From the NCBI GenBank assembly GCA_964353785.1, contig CAYGWK010000001.1, forward strand, positions 26,982 through 90,981: DNA of 64,000 nucleotides. The letters run 5' to 3'. The DNA is from an uncultured Gammaproteobacteria bacterium (lineage in GTDB: Bacteria > Patescibacteriota > Microgenomatia > CAYGWK01). The notes below the pieces were generated by a model. It was not told the origin of the DNA. It ran no database searches and was given only the letters and a program-made list of their open reading frames with translations. The position numbers were made by a program, and so were the translations under genes. How positions within the stretch are numbered: the stretch's first letter is position 1; the number at the start of each line of letters is the position of its first letter. Below are positions 26,348 through 36,258 of the stretch, piece after piece.

Positions 26348-27796
26348 TTATATCATTTTCAAGGAGGACAGGCGGAAAATTTTGGCACCATCGATAATTT
26401 TGAAGAGGGAATAATCTCTGGCCAAAATTTCCCGGAGTTTGGGAAAAGGTTTTGTCTCATCCTGAAGGTCAATGATAAAGCGAGGTTTTTCTTTTCCTAA
26501 AACCGAAGCAGTTTCTCCAAATCCGCCAAAATCGATAATATGATAGGCGACAGTGTAGCGACCAACTGGAAGGCGCCGAGATAAAGCGTAAATACAAGGA
26601 GAATCTCCCCAAATAAAGACTTTTTCATTTTTCTGGGTGTGGAGGGTGAGAAATTGAGCTAGTTGGTAGTCTCTTCCCACCTTTTGACCAAAGTAGGAAA
26701 AATATTTTTCTTGGGAATATCTTTTTGTGGCAAAAAGGAGGAAATTTTTATATGGGGAGAAAGGAGAATAAATCCAAAATCGAAAATAGAAAAGAGCCAG
26801 GAGGAAAATTGCCAAAGAGGCGGAGAGGAAAAGATGCTCTTTTGTTTTTAATTTTGAAAAGAAAAAGGCTAAAAGAAGACAAAGCGAAGGAAGACTCTGG
26901 ACCAGATAATGAGGATAGGGCCTGCCAGAAAGGGTAGCCCCAAAAAGAGAAAAAGCAAACCAAACGAGAACAAAAAGAAGGGAATTTCCTATTTCTTTTC
27001 GTTTCCATAAGGCGAGACCAACAAAGAAAACCAAGAGACCAAATCTTAGCCGAGGACTATTGCCCCAGGAAGAAAGATAAGGAAGATTTTGGAAAAAAGC
27101 AGCGGTTAAATACTGGCTTAGGGCGCCTTGGCTTAAGAAGTAGGCAAAACTTGCTAAAATGGGCAGAAGAAAACCAAGAAGCAGGAATGTAGAATTGAGA
27201 ATGTATAATTTGAATTTTTTGCGGTTAGTTAGGAAAAATACTAGAAAGACCAAAACGGCGGCAAAATCAAAAATAGCTGGTACCTTAAAAAGGGTGGCCA
27301 AGGAGAAAAAAATTCCAGCTGAAAAAAAGACCCATTTAGATTGTTTTTCTCCGCAAAATATCCGCAGGATTCCCGCAATAGTGAAAAGGATCAGAAAAAC
27401 TTCGGCATTAGCCACTCCGCCTTCAAATAAAGGTATTGAGGAAAAAAAGACAAAAGACAAAGTTGAGATTTTGATAAGTTTTTCTTCTTTTTGGAAAAAA
27501 ATCTGGGCCAGTTTATAAAATAGAAAAATGGTTGCCAGTCCCCAAAATAAAAGAAGTGCCCTAAACCAAAAAAGATTACCCGATAAGGCGGCTAAAAGAT
27601 AAAGAAGAGGAGGTTTGTTATCGTGGATTTGGCGATAAAGGACAAGACCCTGTTGAACAGCCTGACCTAAGGTAAGATAAATACACTCATCGCCATAAGA
27701 ATAAGGCTCAAAAAGAGAAGGGAGGCGTAAGAGAAAAGCCAACCCCAGTCCCAAGATTAGCCACATTGGTATTTTGATGTTTCTTTTTTGAACCAT
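26348..27796 (-). CDS. GT39/GT83 (ArnT/PMT-like) polyprenyl-phosphate-dependent membrane glycosyltransferase
   Basis: N-terminal 'YGDECIYLTLGQAV...HDNKPPLLYLL' (DE motif in loop 1), then about 11 TM segments. Confidence 0.6.
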   Translation of the reverse strand: MVQKRNIKIPMWLILGLGLAFLLRLPSLFEPYSYGDECIYLTLGQAVQQGLVLYRQIHDNKPPLLYLLAALSGNLFWFRALLLFWGLATIFLFYKLAQIFFQKEEKLIKISTLSFVFFSSIPLFEGGVANAEVFLILFTIAGILRIFCGEKQSKWVFFSAGIFFSLATLFKVPAIFDFAAVLVFLVFFLTNRKKFKLYILNSTFLLLGFLLPILASFAYFLSQGALSQYLTAAFFQNLPYLSSWGNSPRLRFGLLVFFVGLALWKRKEIGNSLLFVLVWFAFSLFGATLSGRPYPHYLVQSLPSLCLLLAFFFSKLKTKEHLFLSASLAIFLLALFYFRFWIYSPFSPYKNFLLFATKRYSQEKYFSYFGQKVGRDYQLAQFLTLHTQKNEKVFIWGDSPCIYALSRRLPVGRYTVAYHIIDFGGFGETASVLGKEKPRFIIDLQDETKPFPKLREILARDYSLFKIIDGAKIFRLSSLKMI

Positions 27797-29082
27797 ATAA
27801 GATAAAGACTATCAAATTTAACCTTTTGTTCCAAAAAATACCCACAAAAATAAGTTTTTTCTGGCTCTTCGCTTGAGATTACCATAATTTTTTCTTTATC
27901 AGGGAGAACATTTAGGATATCCTCTTTATCCATCAAGGCCGTGCCAGCATAAAAAGGAAGCGAGCCTTGAGGAACATAAATCGGGGCGGAAAGACCGTAG
28001 TACTTAGACTCAAAAAGATGGTGAGCCTTGCCGTTATAATTAATTAAACCAAAGTCTGGTTTTTTATTTTGCTTAACGTAAGTGGCCAACTCTTTAAATG
28101 GTCTTTTAATAGGATGGGTGAAATAGTGCCAGTCTATGATGATTAAAGAAAAGATAGCCAAGAAAATAAACAAAGTTTGTAGCTTCGCAATAAAAGTTAA
28201 GGAGGCGGCTCGCCTCCGGGAGACTAAAAGCAATACTTGCGGAGGAAGACAATAAAGCAGATAGCGATCATAAAAAATCGAAGATTTTATCTGCGAGATA
28301 AAAAAGGTTAAAACAATGGGAATAAAAGCCCAAGCTAGCAAAAATCTGTCTTTTTTCCATTCTCTCCAAGACCGCAAAAGAAAAAGAAAGACAAATGCCA
28401 GGAGAACTGCTAGTTGAAGAGGATGAATGTTTGCTCCTAAAAAGAAATTAGAAAATAAGTCTCCGATGGTTTTAAGATTTGGTTTGCCTAGCCAAAAACC
28501 ACTAGCAACTAAGGAAGTCTGATAATAGAGGGGATAAAGCCAGGGAAGATAGGCAAGACCGATAATAAAATATGGTTTTAAGAAAGAAAAAAGAGTTTGT
28601 TTTTTTAATTCTTTCAAAGACCAGAAAAACTGAACAAAAATGACAAAGATTGAGAAGTGATGGGTGTATAAGGCGGCGATGGTAGAAAGAATATAACCGC
28701 GTTGGTTTTTTCTAAGGTAGAAATACATTGAGGCAGTGGTAGTTAACAAAAGCAAAGAGTACATCCTACCTTCAAACCCATATTGAAAAAGAAAGGGATT
28801 TAAGAAGGTAAAAAGGGCAGCCAGAAGGGCGGTTTTTTTCTCCCAAAGACTTTTTCCTATTAAATAAACAAAGAAACAAGTGGTAAGAAAAAAGAGAAAA
28901 GAGAGAGTGCGGATTGAGACCTCACTGGTGCCAAAAATTTTCATCCAAGAATGGAGAAGAAGGTAATAGAGCGGTGGGGAGGTATCGCGGCTGACGATGG
29001 TTACAATTTGCCAAATTGGTTTAACAGCTAAAGTGGCGGCCCAAGCCTCGTCTCCCCAAAGACTGGCAGTAAATTGATTCAC
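27757..29082 (-). CDS. GT39/ArnT-like membrane glycosyltransferase (second paralog)
   Basis: 'LWGDEAWAAT...DTSPPLYYLL', multi-TM. Confidence 0.5.
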   Translation of the reverse strand: MNQFTASLWGDEAWAATLAVKPIWQIVTIVSRDTSPPLYYLLLHSWMKIFGTSEVSIRTLSFLFFLTTCFFVYLIGKSLWEKKTALLAALFTFLNPFLFQYGFEGRMYSLLLLTTTASMYFYLRKNQRGYILSTIAALYTHHFSIFVIFVQFFWSLKELKKQTLFSFLKPYFIIGLAYLPWLYPLYYQTSLVASGFWLGKPNLKTIGDLFSNFFLGANIHPLQLAVLLAFVFLFLLRSWREWKKDRFLLAWAFIPIVLTFFISQIKSSIFYDRYLLYCLPPQVLLLVSRRRAASLTFIAKLQTLFIFLAIFSLIIIDWHYFTHPIKRPFKELATYVKQNKKPDFGLINYNGKAHHLFESKYYGLSAPIYVPQGSLPFYAGTALMDKEDILNVLPDKEKIMVISSEEPEKTYFCGYFLEQKVKFDSLYLIWFKKETSKYQCG

Positions 29083-29090
29083 TGAACCTA

Positions 29091-30608
29091 TTATACTTTT
29101 TCGGTAACCCGATACTCAAGATATTTTCCCAGCATAAGTCGAGTATGAGTATCAAGTCCAGGTATAACCCCAAAGACAAAACCCGAGAGTGGCATGAGGA
29201 TAAATTCCAGAGGAATAAAGATTGCTCGTAATCTTGAAACAAACTGTGGCCTTGGTGGCCTTTGTTTTGAGTCGATTACCAAAATTATTAAAAGGAAAAC
29301 AAGACAGAGAGTCAAAATTAGACTGGAAATTTTAGGCAGGGTGTAGCCTATAACAGTCCGGGAGAAATCGGGAACAAAAAAGGTAGGAATCATAATTCCC
29401 AAGGTTATCCAAAACCAATTAACTGGCATTAAAATATGGTCTTCTAAAAGACGGATAAGCCTGATGGTTTTATCCCAAAAAGGAACCCCAGGGGTGAGAA
29501 AATAATTTTTGATAACATAGGGATCATCGGAGACTCCCCAAAACCAGCGCTGATACTGTCTATAGGTATTTAAGATTGTCCGCCAGAAAGAAGTTGATTC
29601 GGCCGCATCAGCATGTAAGGGAAGATATATTGGTTCGGCTGAAAGATTCCCTCGAAGCTTATAATAAGCCTTAAAAAAGATATGGTAGTCCTCGGGAATT
29701 ACGGTTGGATCCCAGTAACCAACTTTGTCTACAAGAGCAAAAGAGGCTGAATAATTTTGGCAATTTATCAAACGGTCAGTTCGGGAAAGGATTGCCCCAT
29801 TCCAGATAGTTGAGAAAGTGTTAACGACCCTGGTAAAAGCAGGCAGTTTCCAGAAATTGTTATAGAAAAAAACTGCCGGTTGCCAAAAAAGATTATAACG
29901 ACGAGGTGAGTCAAGAAAACGGAAAGCAAGATAAGAAAAATGTTTTGGGTGAAAGCAATGGTCAGCATCACAACTGGTCAAGGTCATGTAGTTTATGTTA
30001 TAGCCTCGCTTGTCAACCAGTTGTTTTTTTATCCAGCGGGCGGCATAGTTTTCATTTGAATGTTTGCCTACAGTTTCCCCAGAAGTAAGTTTATGGGAAG
30101 TGACAAAAAAATTAGCAATTTTTTTAACAAACGTTTTTTTTAGAATTTTTGCCTTTTTAGGGGCTTCTTCATCCCGAGCTTCGGTAGCCAAAACAACCGT
30201 AATTTGTTTTAAAGGAAAATCCTGCTTGGCGATTGAATCAAGCGCCCGCTTTAAGGTATGAAGAGGTTCTTTATAGGTAGTGATAATAATAACATGATGG
30301 ACCTTTTTCCAATCAGGAAAAATTTTGGTTTCACCAAGCCAATCCATTGCCTGGGAAGCTTTTATTCTAAAAAAGGAAATGATAGCCGTTAAAGCAAAAG
30401 TAATAGATTTATAAAACCAAAAAATATCAAAAAGGATAACCAGGTATGCCATATAAAGAGGGATGGCAAAGGAGCCGATAAAGTAAAATAAAATTGTACT
30501 CCAGGAAAGAGTTCCGGGCATAATTTCCAAAAGCCGGTGGATTTTTTTATCGTATTTTAGTAAAAGCTTTTTTAGCATTTTGGGTTGTGATTTGGCAGAT
30601 TTCTTCAA
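29091..30608 (-). CDS. Membrane-embedded processive GT2 glycosyltransferase (cellulose/chitin-synthase-like)
   Basis: GT-A fold 'VIIITTYKE...', 'TSCDADH', 'QYQRW' (the Q-x-x-R-W motif); TM segments at both ends. Confidence 0.6.
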   Translation of the reverse strand: MKKSAKSQPKMLKKLLLKYDKKIHRLLEIMPGTLSWSTILFYFIGSFAIPLYMAYLVILFDIFWFYKSITFALTAIISFFRIKASQAMDWLGETKIFPDWKKVHHVIIITTYKEPLHTLKRALDSIAKQDFPLKQITVVLATEARDEEAPKKAKILKKTFVKKIANFFVTSHKLTSGETVGKHSNENYAARWIKKQLVDKRGYNINYMTLTSCDADHCFHPKHFSYLAFRFLDSPRRYNLFWQPAVFFYNNFWKLPAFTRVVNTFSTIWNGAILSRTDRLINCQNYSASFALVDKVGYWDPTVIPEDYHIFFKAYYKLRGNLSAEPIYLPLHADAAESTSFWRTILNTYRQYQRWFWGVSDDPYVIKNYFLTPGVPFWDKTIRLIRLLEDHILMPVNWFWITLGIMIPTFFVPDFSRTVIGYTLPKISSLILTLCLVFLLIILVIDSKQRPPRPQFVSRLRAIFIPLEFILMPLSGFVFGVIPGLDTHTRLMLGKYLEYRVTEKV

Positions 30609-31359
30609 AACTTACACTTCTTAGATTAGCAAGAAATTCGGCGATTAGTTTAACATTTCTAGGTTGATTTCGCAAACCGCGAAGAGGTTCGGGAGATAAA
30701 AATGGGCAATCTGTCTCCAAAAGAATTTTTTCAATAGGGGTAATTTTGGCAATTTCTTGTAAATTTTTGGCATTTTTAAAAGTCAAATTTCCGCAAAAAC
30801 CAATATAAAATCCCATATTTAAAACCTGGTTTAGAAATTCCTTGTCACCAGAAAAACAATGAAAAACACCTCTTGCTTGGTTCAATGTATCGTTACATGA
30901 TACCAGTGTTTCCAAGACTTCTTGATGAGCATCGCGGCAGTGGATGATTACGGGAAGACCTAGTTCCTGGGCTAATTTAAGCTGGGCCTTGAATACCTCG
31001 ATTTGTTTTTCTTTCAAATCCGGAGTAATCTCTTTTCTGAACTTTCCCTGATCGACTGGATGAAAATCAAGCCCGCATTCGCCAATAGCGACCACCTTTG
31101 GTTTTTGGGCAAGTTCTTTCAGTGTTTCAGTGAACTTCTCTGTGTTTTCTATGTCCTGGGCGTCATGGGGATGAATTCCAACCGCCGCATAAATTTCTGG
31201 ATATTTTTGAGCCAGTTCTACTGATTTCTTACAAGCCTGAAGATGAGAGCCAACATTAATAATTCTCTCTATCCCAGCCTTTTTGGCTTGTTGAATTACC
31301 TCATCTCGGTCTTTATCAAATTCAGGAAAATCCAAATGAGCGTGAGTGTCAATTAACAT
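30547..31359 (-). CDS. tatD: TatD-family metal-dependent hydrolase
   Basis: 'MLIDTHAHLDFPEFD', 'GIHPHD', 'IGECGLDF', 'HCR', 'LETDCPFL'; the internal ATG is preferred over the longer ORF-track start. Confidence 0.8.
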   Translation of the reverse strand: MLIDTHAHLDFPEFDKDRDEVIQQAKKAGIERIINVGSHLQACKKSVELAQKYPEIYAAVGIHPHDAQDIENTEKFTETLKELAQKPKVVAIGECGLDFHPVDQGKFRKEITPDLKEKQIEVFKAQLKLAQELGLPVIIHCRDAHQEVLETLVSCNDTLNQARGVFHCFSGDKEFLNQVLNMGFYIGFCGNLTFKNAKNLQEIAKITPIEKILLETDCPFLSPEPLRGLRNQPRNVKLIAEFLANLRSVSFEEICQITTQNAKKAFTKIR

Positions 31360-31360
31360 T

Positions 31361-31957
31361 TTATTTCTCCAAAACAAAAAAGGCGAAATGCCAACGAAAA
31401 GGAAAAGGGTCTCCACGACCAGAATACCATTTATGAGAATATTTAACTTTGAAGCCAAGCCTGGAGAAAATTTTTAGCCATTCATCAAAAGTTTTATTGT
31501 TGCGTGGATGAAGCACAGTATTAGCTAAAAATCCGTCAACGATGTTTATCAGAGAATCAAATAGGAAAGTGGAATATTTTTCCCAAGAATTTTTATAGAT
31601 GTCTTCAAAAACAAAGATGTATTTTTTGGTAACTCTTTTGGTTTCAAGGAGAAGTTTTTCTGGATTTTGAGAGTGATGTAAAACCGCGCGCAAGATTGCA
31701 CAATTAAAAGAATTGTCTTCAAAAGGAATTCTTCGCCCATCATAAACTGTTATTTTTACTCCTGAAATTGGGAATCTTGACTTTTTAGTATCGATGGCCG
31801 TAGTTTCAATTCGGCATTTCTTGTTAAGAAATTTGGTAATTTCACCTCTTCCTGCTCCTATGTCTAAAATCTCATCCTTTTTTGAAACAAAAGGAAAAAT
31901 TCGTTTTACCCAATAATGGGCGAACTCTAGGTTGTTTTTTCTTTGGTCGTCTCTCAT
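31361..31957 (-). CDS. Class I SAM-dependent methyltransferase
   Basis: 'ILDIGAGRGEIT' (motif I), acidic 'TAIDT' (motif II). Confidence 0.55.
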   Translation of the reverse strand: MRDDQRKNNLEFAHYWVKRIFPFVSKKDEILDIGAGRGEITKFLNKKCRIETTAIDTKKSRFPISGVKITVYDGRRIPFEDNSFNCAILRAVLHHSQNPEKLLLETKRVTKKYIFVFEDIYKNSWEKYSTFLFDSLINIVDGFLANTVLHPRNNKTFDEWLKIFSRLGFKVKYSHKWYSGRGDPFPFRWHFAFFVLEK

Positions 31958-31985
31958 TTATTTATTGCAAGGCAACAAACTTTGT

Positions 31986-32582
31986 TTATTTTTCCAATAA
32001 AAATAAACCCGGTTCCCACTTAAGAAAAAATTTTGAACCTTCTTTTATTTTAAATCCTTTAAATAGATGGTGCCACCAACTCGCGGTTTTTACTGTTATA
32101 TGAGTTGGGTCGTCAACCGGAGGTTGGAATAAAGTTTTAGTAAAGATTTTATGGAGAACAAATTTTTTTGAAACTCGCTGACATTCTTTAAGAACTAAAA
32201 CTAATTCAGATTCGAGAATATGCTCAAGCAGACCGATTGAGACAATTAGGTCAAATGAATCGTTTTTAAATGGAATTTTTTCCGTAGCGTCTACTAGTTT
32301 AAGATACTTTTTAACTTCTGGGTTAGCCTGCGATAAAGCATAAGGGCTGATATCTATACCCCAGGTATCAATTCCTAGCCGTCGCGTCCAATAAACAAAT
32401 CTTCCTGCTCCACAGCCAACTTCTAGTAGATTTTCAGGATGGAAGAAAACCTTAATTATTAAAGCCCGAAAAAATGGTTGCATCTTATAGAGCAGATTCC
32501 TGACTAAATTAACAAAAGGATTTCTTGAAAACCCTCTTTGACAGGTGACCCTTTCAAAGTAATCTTTATTGTAGGGGATTTT
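31986..32582 (-). CDS. Class I SAM-dependent methyltransferase (second, adjacent); start uncertain
   Basis: 'LLEVGCGAGRF', 'GIDIS', 'FDLIVSIGLLEHI'; the ORF-track start at 32732 overlaps metG by 143 nt, and a TTG at 32582 just after the metG stop is proposed. Confidence 0.5.
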   Translation of the reverse strand, partial: KIPYNKDYFERVTCQRGFSRNPFVNLVRNLLYKMQPFFRALIIKVFFHPENLLEVGCGAGRFVYWTRRLGIDTWGIDISPYALSQANPEVKKYLKLVDATEKIPFKNDSFDLIVSIGLLEHILESELVLVLKECQRVSKKFVLHKIFTKTLFQPPVDDPTHITVKTASWWHHLFKGFKIKEGSKFFLKWEPGLFLLEK

Positions 32583-32589
32583 GTTCAAG

Positions 32590-34020
32590 TTAGATTCTGG
32601 GAAAAAGAGGTGGGCCGGATTTAATTTTTGGTCCGGCAAATTGTTTTTGAATTTTTTCAGCGGTTTCGGGAAGGAAAGGTTTGAGTAGATAAGCAATCTC
32701 TCGTATTGTGCTAACTGCTTGTCCCTTAACAACTATTTCCCACAGGGCCTTTTTTCCTTCAGAAACAGATTCCCAGGGTCTTTTTCTGTCTATATATTCA
32801 TCTAGTCCAGAGATGGCGTGCCATAGCAATTCTAGGGCACCGCTAAAATTAAATTTTTCTAATTCATTGGCGACCTCATCAGACAGCGAAGTTTTTCGAA
32901 ATTCTTTTTCAAATTCTAGATTATAATTTTGTGCCAACCTAGCTATTCTGGCAACTAAATTACCCAAACCATTGGCCAAATCGGCATTGTAGACTTCTTT
33001 AAACCGCTGAATTGAAAAATCACCGTCTCTGTAGGCTGGGATTTCTCGTAAAAGATAATAGCGAATTGGGTCGGTGTCGTATTTTTTAACCAAACCAAAG
33101 GGGTCAATAACATTTCCTAGGGATTTGCTTATTTTTTGACCCTCAACCGTGACATAACCATGAATAAATTCTTGTTTGGGAATTGCTATTCCCGCACTTT
33201 TGAGTATGGCTGGCCAATAAATGGCGTGGAAGCGACTTATCCCTTTACCAATAACATGGACATTAGCTGGCCAGTATTTCTTAAATAACTTTTCATCGTT
33301 TCCATAGTCTAGGGCGGTAATATAATTTGCCAAGGCGTCAAACCAGACATAGATTATCTGTTCTGGATCATCAGGAACTGGAATTCCCCAACCATGGGCT
33401 CTTTTTACACTTCGAGAAATACTAAAATCCTGAAGCCCACGGCGAATAAATGATAAAACCTCATTTTTGCGAATTTCAGGGATAATTTTTAATTTATCAG
33501 TAGAAATTAAATCCTTAAGCCAGTCTTGGTATTTTGAAAGCCTAAAAAAATAATTTTGTTCCGAAACTTCTTCTGGTTTAGTTTGATGCTCCGGACATTT
33601 TCCCTCAACCAATTCATCCTCGTCATAAAAAACTTCACAACCAACACAATAAAGTCCTTTATATTTTTTCTTATAAATATCTTTTTGACACTTTTGCCAT
33701 AATTTTTGGACTCCGTCGATGTGACGCTTTTCGGTGGTTCGGATAAAATCATCGAAGGAAATATTTAAGATATTTTTGAATTCGTAAAATTTTTTAGAAT
33801 TCTCATCGCACAATTTTTTTACTGGAATTTTTAATTTTTCTGCTGCCTGAACGTTTTTGAGGCTATTTTCATCAGAACCAGACAAAAAATAAGTTTCATC
33901 ACCAATTAACCGGTGATATCTAGCAATAACATCAGTTTGGACAAACTCAAGCGCATGTCCAATATGAGGAGCGGCATTAACATAAGGAATAGCCGTGGTA
34001 ATGTAAAATTTCTTGTTCAT
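32590..34020 (-). CDS. metG: Methionyl-tRNA synthetase (short form)
   Basis: 'ITTAIPYVNAAPHIGHALEFVQTDVIARYHRL', 'KISKSLGNVIDP', and a Cys4 knuckle 'CVGCE...CPEH'. Confidence 0.85.
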   Translation of the reverse strand: MNKKFYITTAIPYVNAAPHIGHALEFVQTDVIARYHRLIGDETYFLSGSDENSLKNVQAAEKLKIPVKKLCDENSKKFYEFKNILNISFDDFIRTTEKRHIDGVQKLWQKCQKDIYKKKYKGLYCVGCEVFYDEDELVEGKCPEHQTKPEEVSEQNYFFRLSKYQDWLKDLISTDKLKIIPEIRKNEVLSFIRRGLQDFSISRSVKRAHGWGIPVPDDPEQIIYVWFDALANYITALDYGNDEKLFKKYWPANVHVIGKGISRFHAIYWPAILKSAGIAIPKQEFIHGYVTVEGQKISKSLGNVIDPFGLVKKYDTDPIRYYLLREIPAYRDGDFSIQRFKEVYNADLANGLGNLVARIARLAQNYNLEFEKEFRKTSLSDEVANELEKFNFSGALELLWHAISGLDEYIDRKRPWESVSEGKKALWEIVVKGQAVSTIREIAYLLKPFLPETAEKIQKQFAGPKIKSGPPLFPRI

Positions 34021-34063
34021 AAGAGGAATTATACCTTAAAGCCAGGCTGGAGGCAAAAGGAGA

Positions 34064-34525
34064 TTACTTTTTCCTAAATAAACTTTCAATCTTTCCCGTC
34101 CATTTGGAAGCCCATTTTTCCGCTTCGATTTTCTTTAAGGCCAGGATATAACCTTTTGACTTTCTGGCTTTGTCAACCGAGGCAACAGTGGCTGAAGAAA
34201 CCTTTAGATTTTGTTTAATATTCTCATAGCTTCGGCCATGGGTAAGATAATAGGCAACCGCTAATCTTTTTGCCAAAGCAATTGTTTCGTTTTTTCCTAA
34301 AACATCTTCAAAAAAAAGGGCAACTTCTTGAGGATTTTTTAAATCAGCAATAAGTTGATAGAGAATTTGAAAAATCTCTTTTTGGAGGTTTTTATTAATT
34401 TGTCTTTTTGAGACCTGCATGTAAAGAAAAACCCACTTTAGGCAATTAAAGTGGGCAGTTTGATACTTTAAATAATTAAACCACAAATCCCAGCGATTGT
34501 CAATGGCGAGAAAAAAATAATTCAA
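34064..34525 (-). CDS. TrpR/YerC-YecD-like DNA-binding protein
   Basis: 'LGKNETIALAKRLAVAYYLTHGRSYENIKQNLKVSSATVASV' matches the TrpR-like HTH pattern; the real start is probably the internal Met ('MQVSKRQ'). Confidence 0.4.
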   Translation of the reverse strand: MNYFFLAIDNRWDLWFNYLKYQTAHFNCLKWVFLYMQVSKRQINKNLQKEIFQILYQLIADLKNPQEVALFFEDVLGKNETIALAKRLAVAYYLTHGRSYENIKQNLKVSSATVASVDKARKSKGYILALKKIEAEKWASKWTGKIESLFRKK

Positions 34526-34808
34526 AAGAAAGAAAAATTCCTAACAGAAGAACTAGGTTTGAAATATTTAAAAGTTTAAACTGCTGAAGGATGGCTATGC
34601 TGATAGCACCTAGAGCCAATAAAAATCCTCTTCGGCTGTTGCCCAAGATTAAAGAAAAAGTAAGAAATAAGGAGATAAAAAGCAAGAAGTAAAAAGTAAA
34701 AAGTAAAAGATTGGATTCTGGGACAGTAAAAAGTAAGATATAAACCCAGCAAAGCCAGGAAAGGATGGTTAGAAGAAATGAAGGCAGAAAATTTTTCCTT
34801 CTCCTCAT
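34500..34808 (-). CDS. Hypothetical small membrane protein containing a heptamer-repeat-encoded segment
   Basis: 3 TM segments; 'FTFYFLLF' is encoded by the gtaaaaa tract. Confidence 0.25.
   Translation of the reverse strand: MRRRKNFLPSFLLTILSWLCWVYILLFTVPESNLLLFTFYFLLFISLFLTFSLILGNSRRGFLLALGAISIAILQQFKLLNISNLVLLLGIFLSFELFFSRH
34682..34709. repeat. Heptamer tandem tract (gcaagaa/gtaaaaa/gtaaaaa/gtaaaag) within an ORF
   Basis: Direct reading. Confidence 0.75.
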
Positions 34809-34825
34809 GATATAATTATATCCAA

Positions 34826-35806
34826 ATGCCCAATGAAATCTACTTAATCGCCGCTTTAATTATTGCTGGTTTAGCCATTGTCTTTTTTCTTCTAAACAAA
34901 AGGCTTTCGGAAATCAAAGAAGCGACCAAACCTGACGAGACCTTAAAAGATTGGCTTAAAAGCCAACAAGACCAAAGTCTGTCAATGTCAAAAGCGATAA
35001 ATGAAAGGCTTGATAACGCTGCTCGGGTAATTGGTCAGGTCCAGCGGAATATTGGAGAGATGTCAGAAATTGGTCGGGGAATGAAAGACCTCCAGGAATT
35101 TTTGCGTTCCCCCAAACTTCGGGGAAATATCGGCGAGCAGGTTTTGAAAGAACTTTTAGGCCAAATGCTTCCCAAACAATCTTTTCATCTTCAATATACC
35201 TTTAAATCCGGAGTAACAGTTGATGCGGCTATCAAAACTGCCTCGGGAATTATTCCGGTTGACTCAAAATTTCCGATGGAGAACTTCCGAAAAATGTTGG
35301 CCGCCAAGACCGAGGAAGAGAAAAAGATTGTTGAAAAGGAATTTGTTAAAGATGTTAAAATCCACATTGATGATATTGCCTCAAAATATATTTTAACCGA
35401 AGAGGGGACAATTGATTATGCCTTAATGTATATTCCCGCAGAAGCAGTTTATTATGAAATTGTCAATAACGCCGACCTTTTTGATTATTCTGGGAAAAAG
35501 CGAGTTTTACCAGTTTCGCCAATGACCTTTTATGCTTATTTGCGGGCAATTTTGATGAGTTTTGAAGGGCAAAAAATAGAACAAAGAGCAAGACAAATTC
35601 TGGCCGCCATTAGAGCGGTTCAAAAAGACTATCAAAAAGTTGATGAAAATTTAGGCGTTTTAGGAAAACATATTCAAAATGCCTACAATCAAATGTCAAA
35701 TGTCATGGGCGGGTTTACTCTTTTGGGCCAAAAACTCTCCTCAACCCAAGCCCTAGGAACCGGAGTTAAAGAGGAAGAAAAACAACTGAAAATCGGCGAA
35801 GAATGA
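34826..35806 (+). CDS. rmuC: DNA recombination protein RmuC
   Basis: N-terminal TM, 'LRSPKLRGNIGEQVLKELLGQMLP', 'IPVDSKFPMENF', typical of the RmuC family; TGaTATAAT at 34808-34816, 9 nt before the ATG. Confidence 0.7.
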   Translation: MPNEIYLIAALIIAGLAIVFFLLNKRLSEIKEATKPDETLKDWLKSQQDQSLSMSKAINERLDNAARVIGQVQRNIGEMSEIGRGMKDLQEFLRSPKLRGNIGEQVLKELLGQMLPKQSFHLQYTFKSGVTVDAAIKTASGIIPVDSKFPMENFRKMLAAKTEEEKKIVEKEFVKDVKIHIDDIASKYILTEEGTIDYALMYIPAEAVYYEIVNNADLFDYSGKKRVLPVSPMTFYAYLRAILMSFEGQKIEQRARQILAAIRAVQKDYQKVDENLGVLGKHIQNAYNQMSNVMGGFTLLGQKLSSTQALGTGVKEEEKQLKIGEE

Positions 35807-36258
35807 AGGGATTTACTTTAATTGAGCTTCTGGTGGTTATCGCCTTACTGGCGGTATTAGCTGTGATAGTAATCGCGGCCATCAATCCAGTTGAGCAACT
35901 TAAAAAAGCTCAAGATGTCTCAAGAAAAATTTATGCCAACGAACTTGCGAGGGCGATTGAAAGATACCAAGCCCGCCTTGGGGAAAATCCAGTTATTAGC
36001 CCGACGGCTACCTCTATTACTTGCTCGGAAGTGACTGCTGGAGAGCCAATTTCTGATTTAACTGGGCTTGAGAGTGAACTTTCCTCTTGGTTTTCAGGCC
36101 GAGTTAATGAACCAGAAAACAGGCTTTATGTTGGACTATTACCCCATTCTGGTTTGACAAAAATTTGTTTTCAGGTTGAATCAGCCGGAAATATTGCTAG
36201 AGCAATTCAGGGAGGTTGCTTTCTTTCTTCAAAATTCTACCTTTGTGTTCCGGAATAA
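35803..36258 (+). CDS. Type IV pilin-like protein (prepilin-type N-terminal cleavage/methylation domain)
   Basis: 'MKGFTLIELLVVIALLAVLA' is the class III signal peptide; the ATG overlaps the rmuC stop (ATGA). Confidence 0.7.
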   Translation: MKGFTLIELLVVIALLAVLAVIVIAAINPVEQLKKAQDVSRKIYANELARAIERYQARLGENPVISPTATSITCSEVTAGEPISDLTGLESELSSWFSGRVNEPENRLYVGLLPHSGLTKICFQVESAGNIARAIQGGCFLSSKFYLCVPE

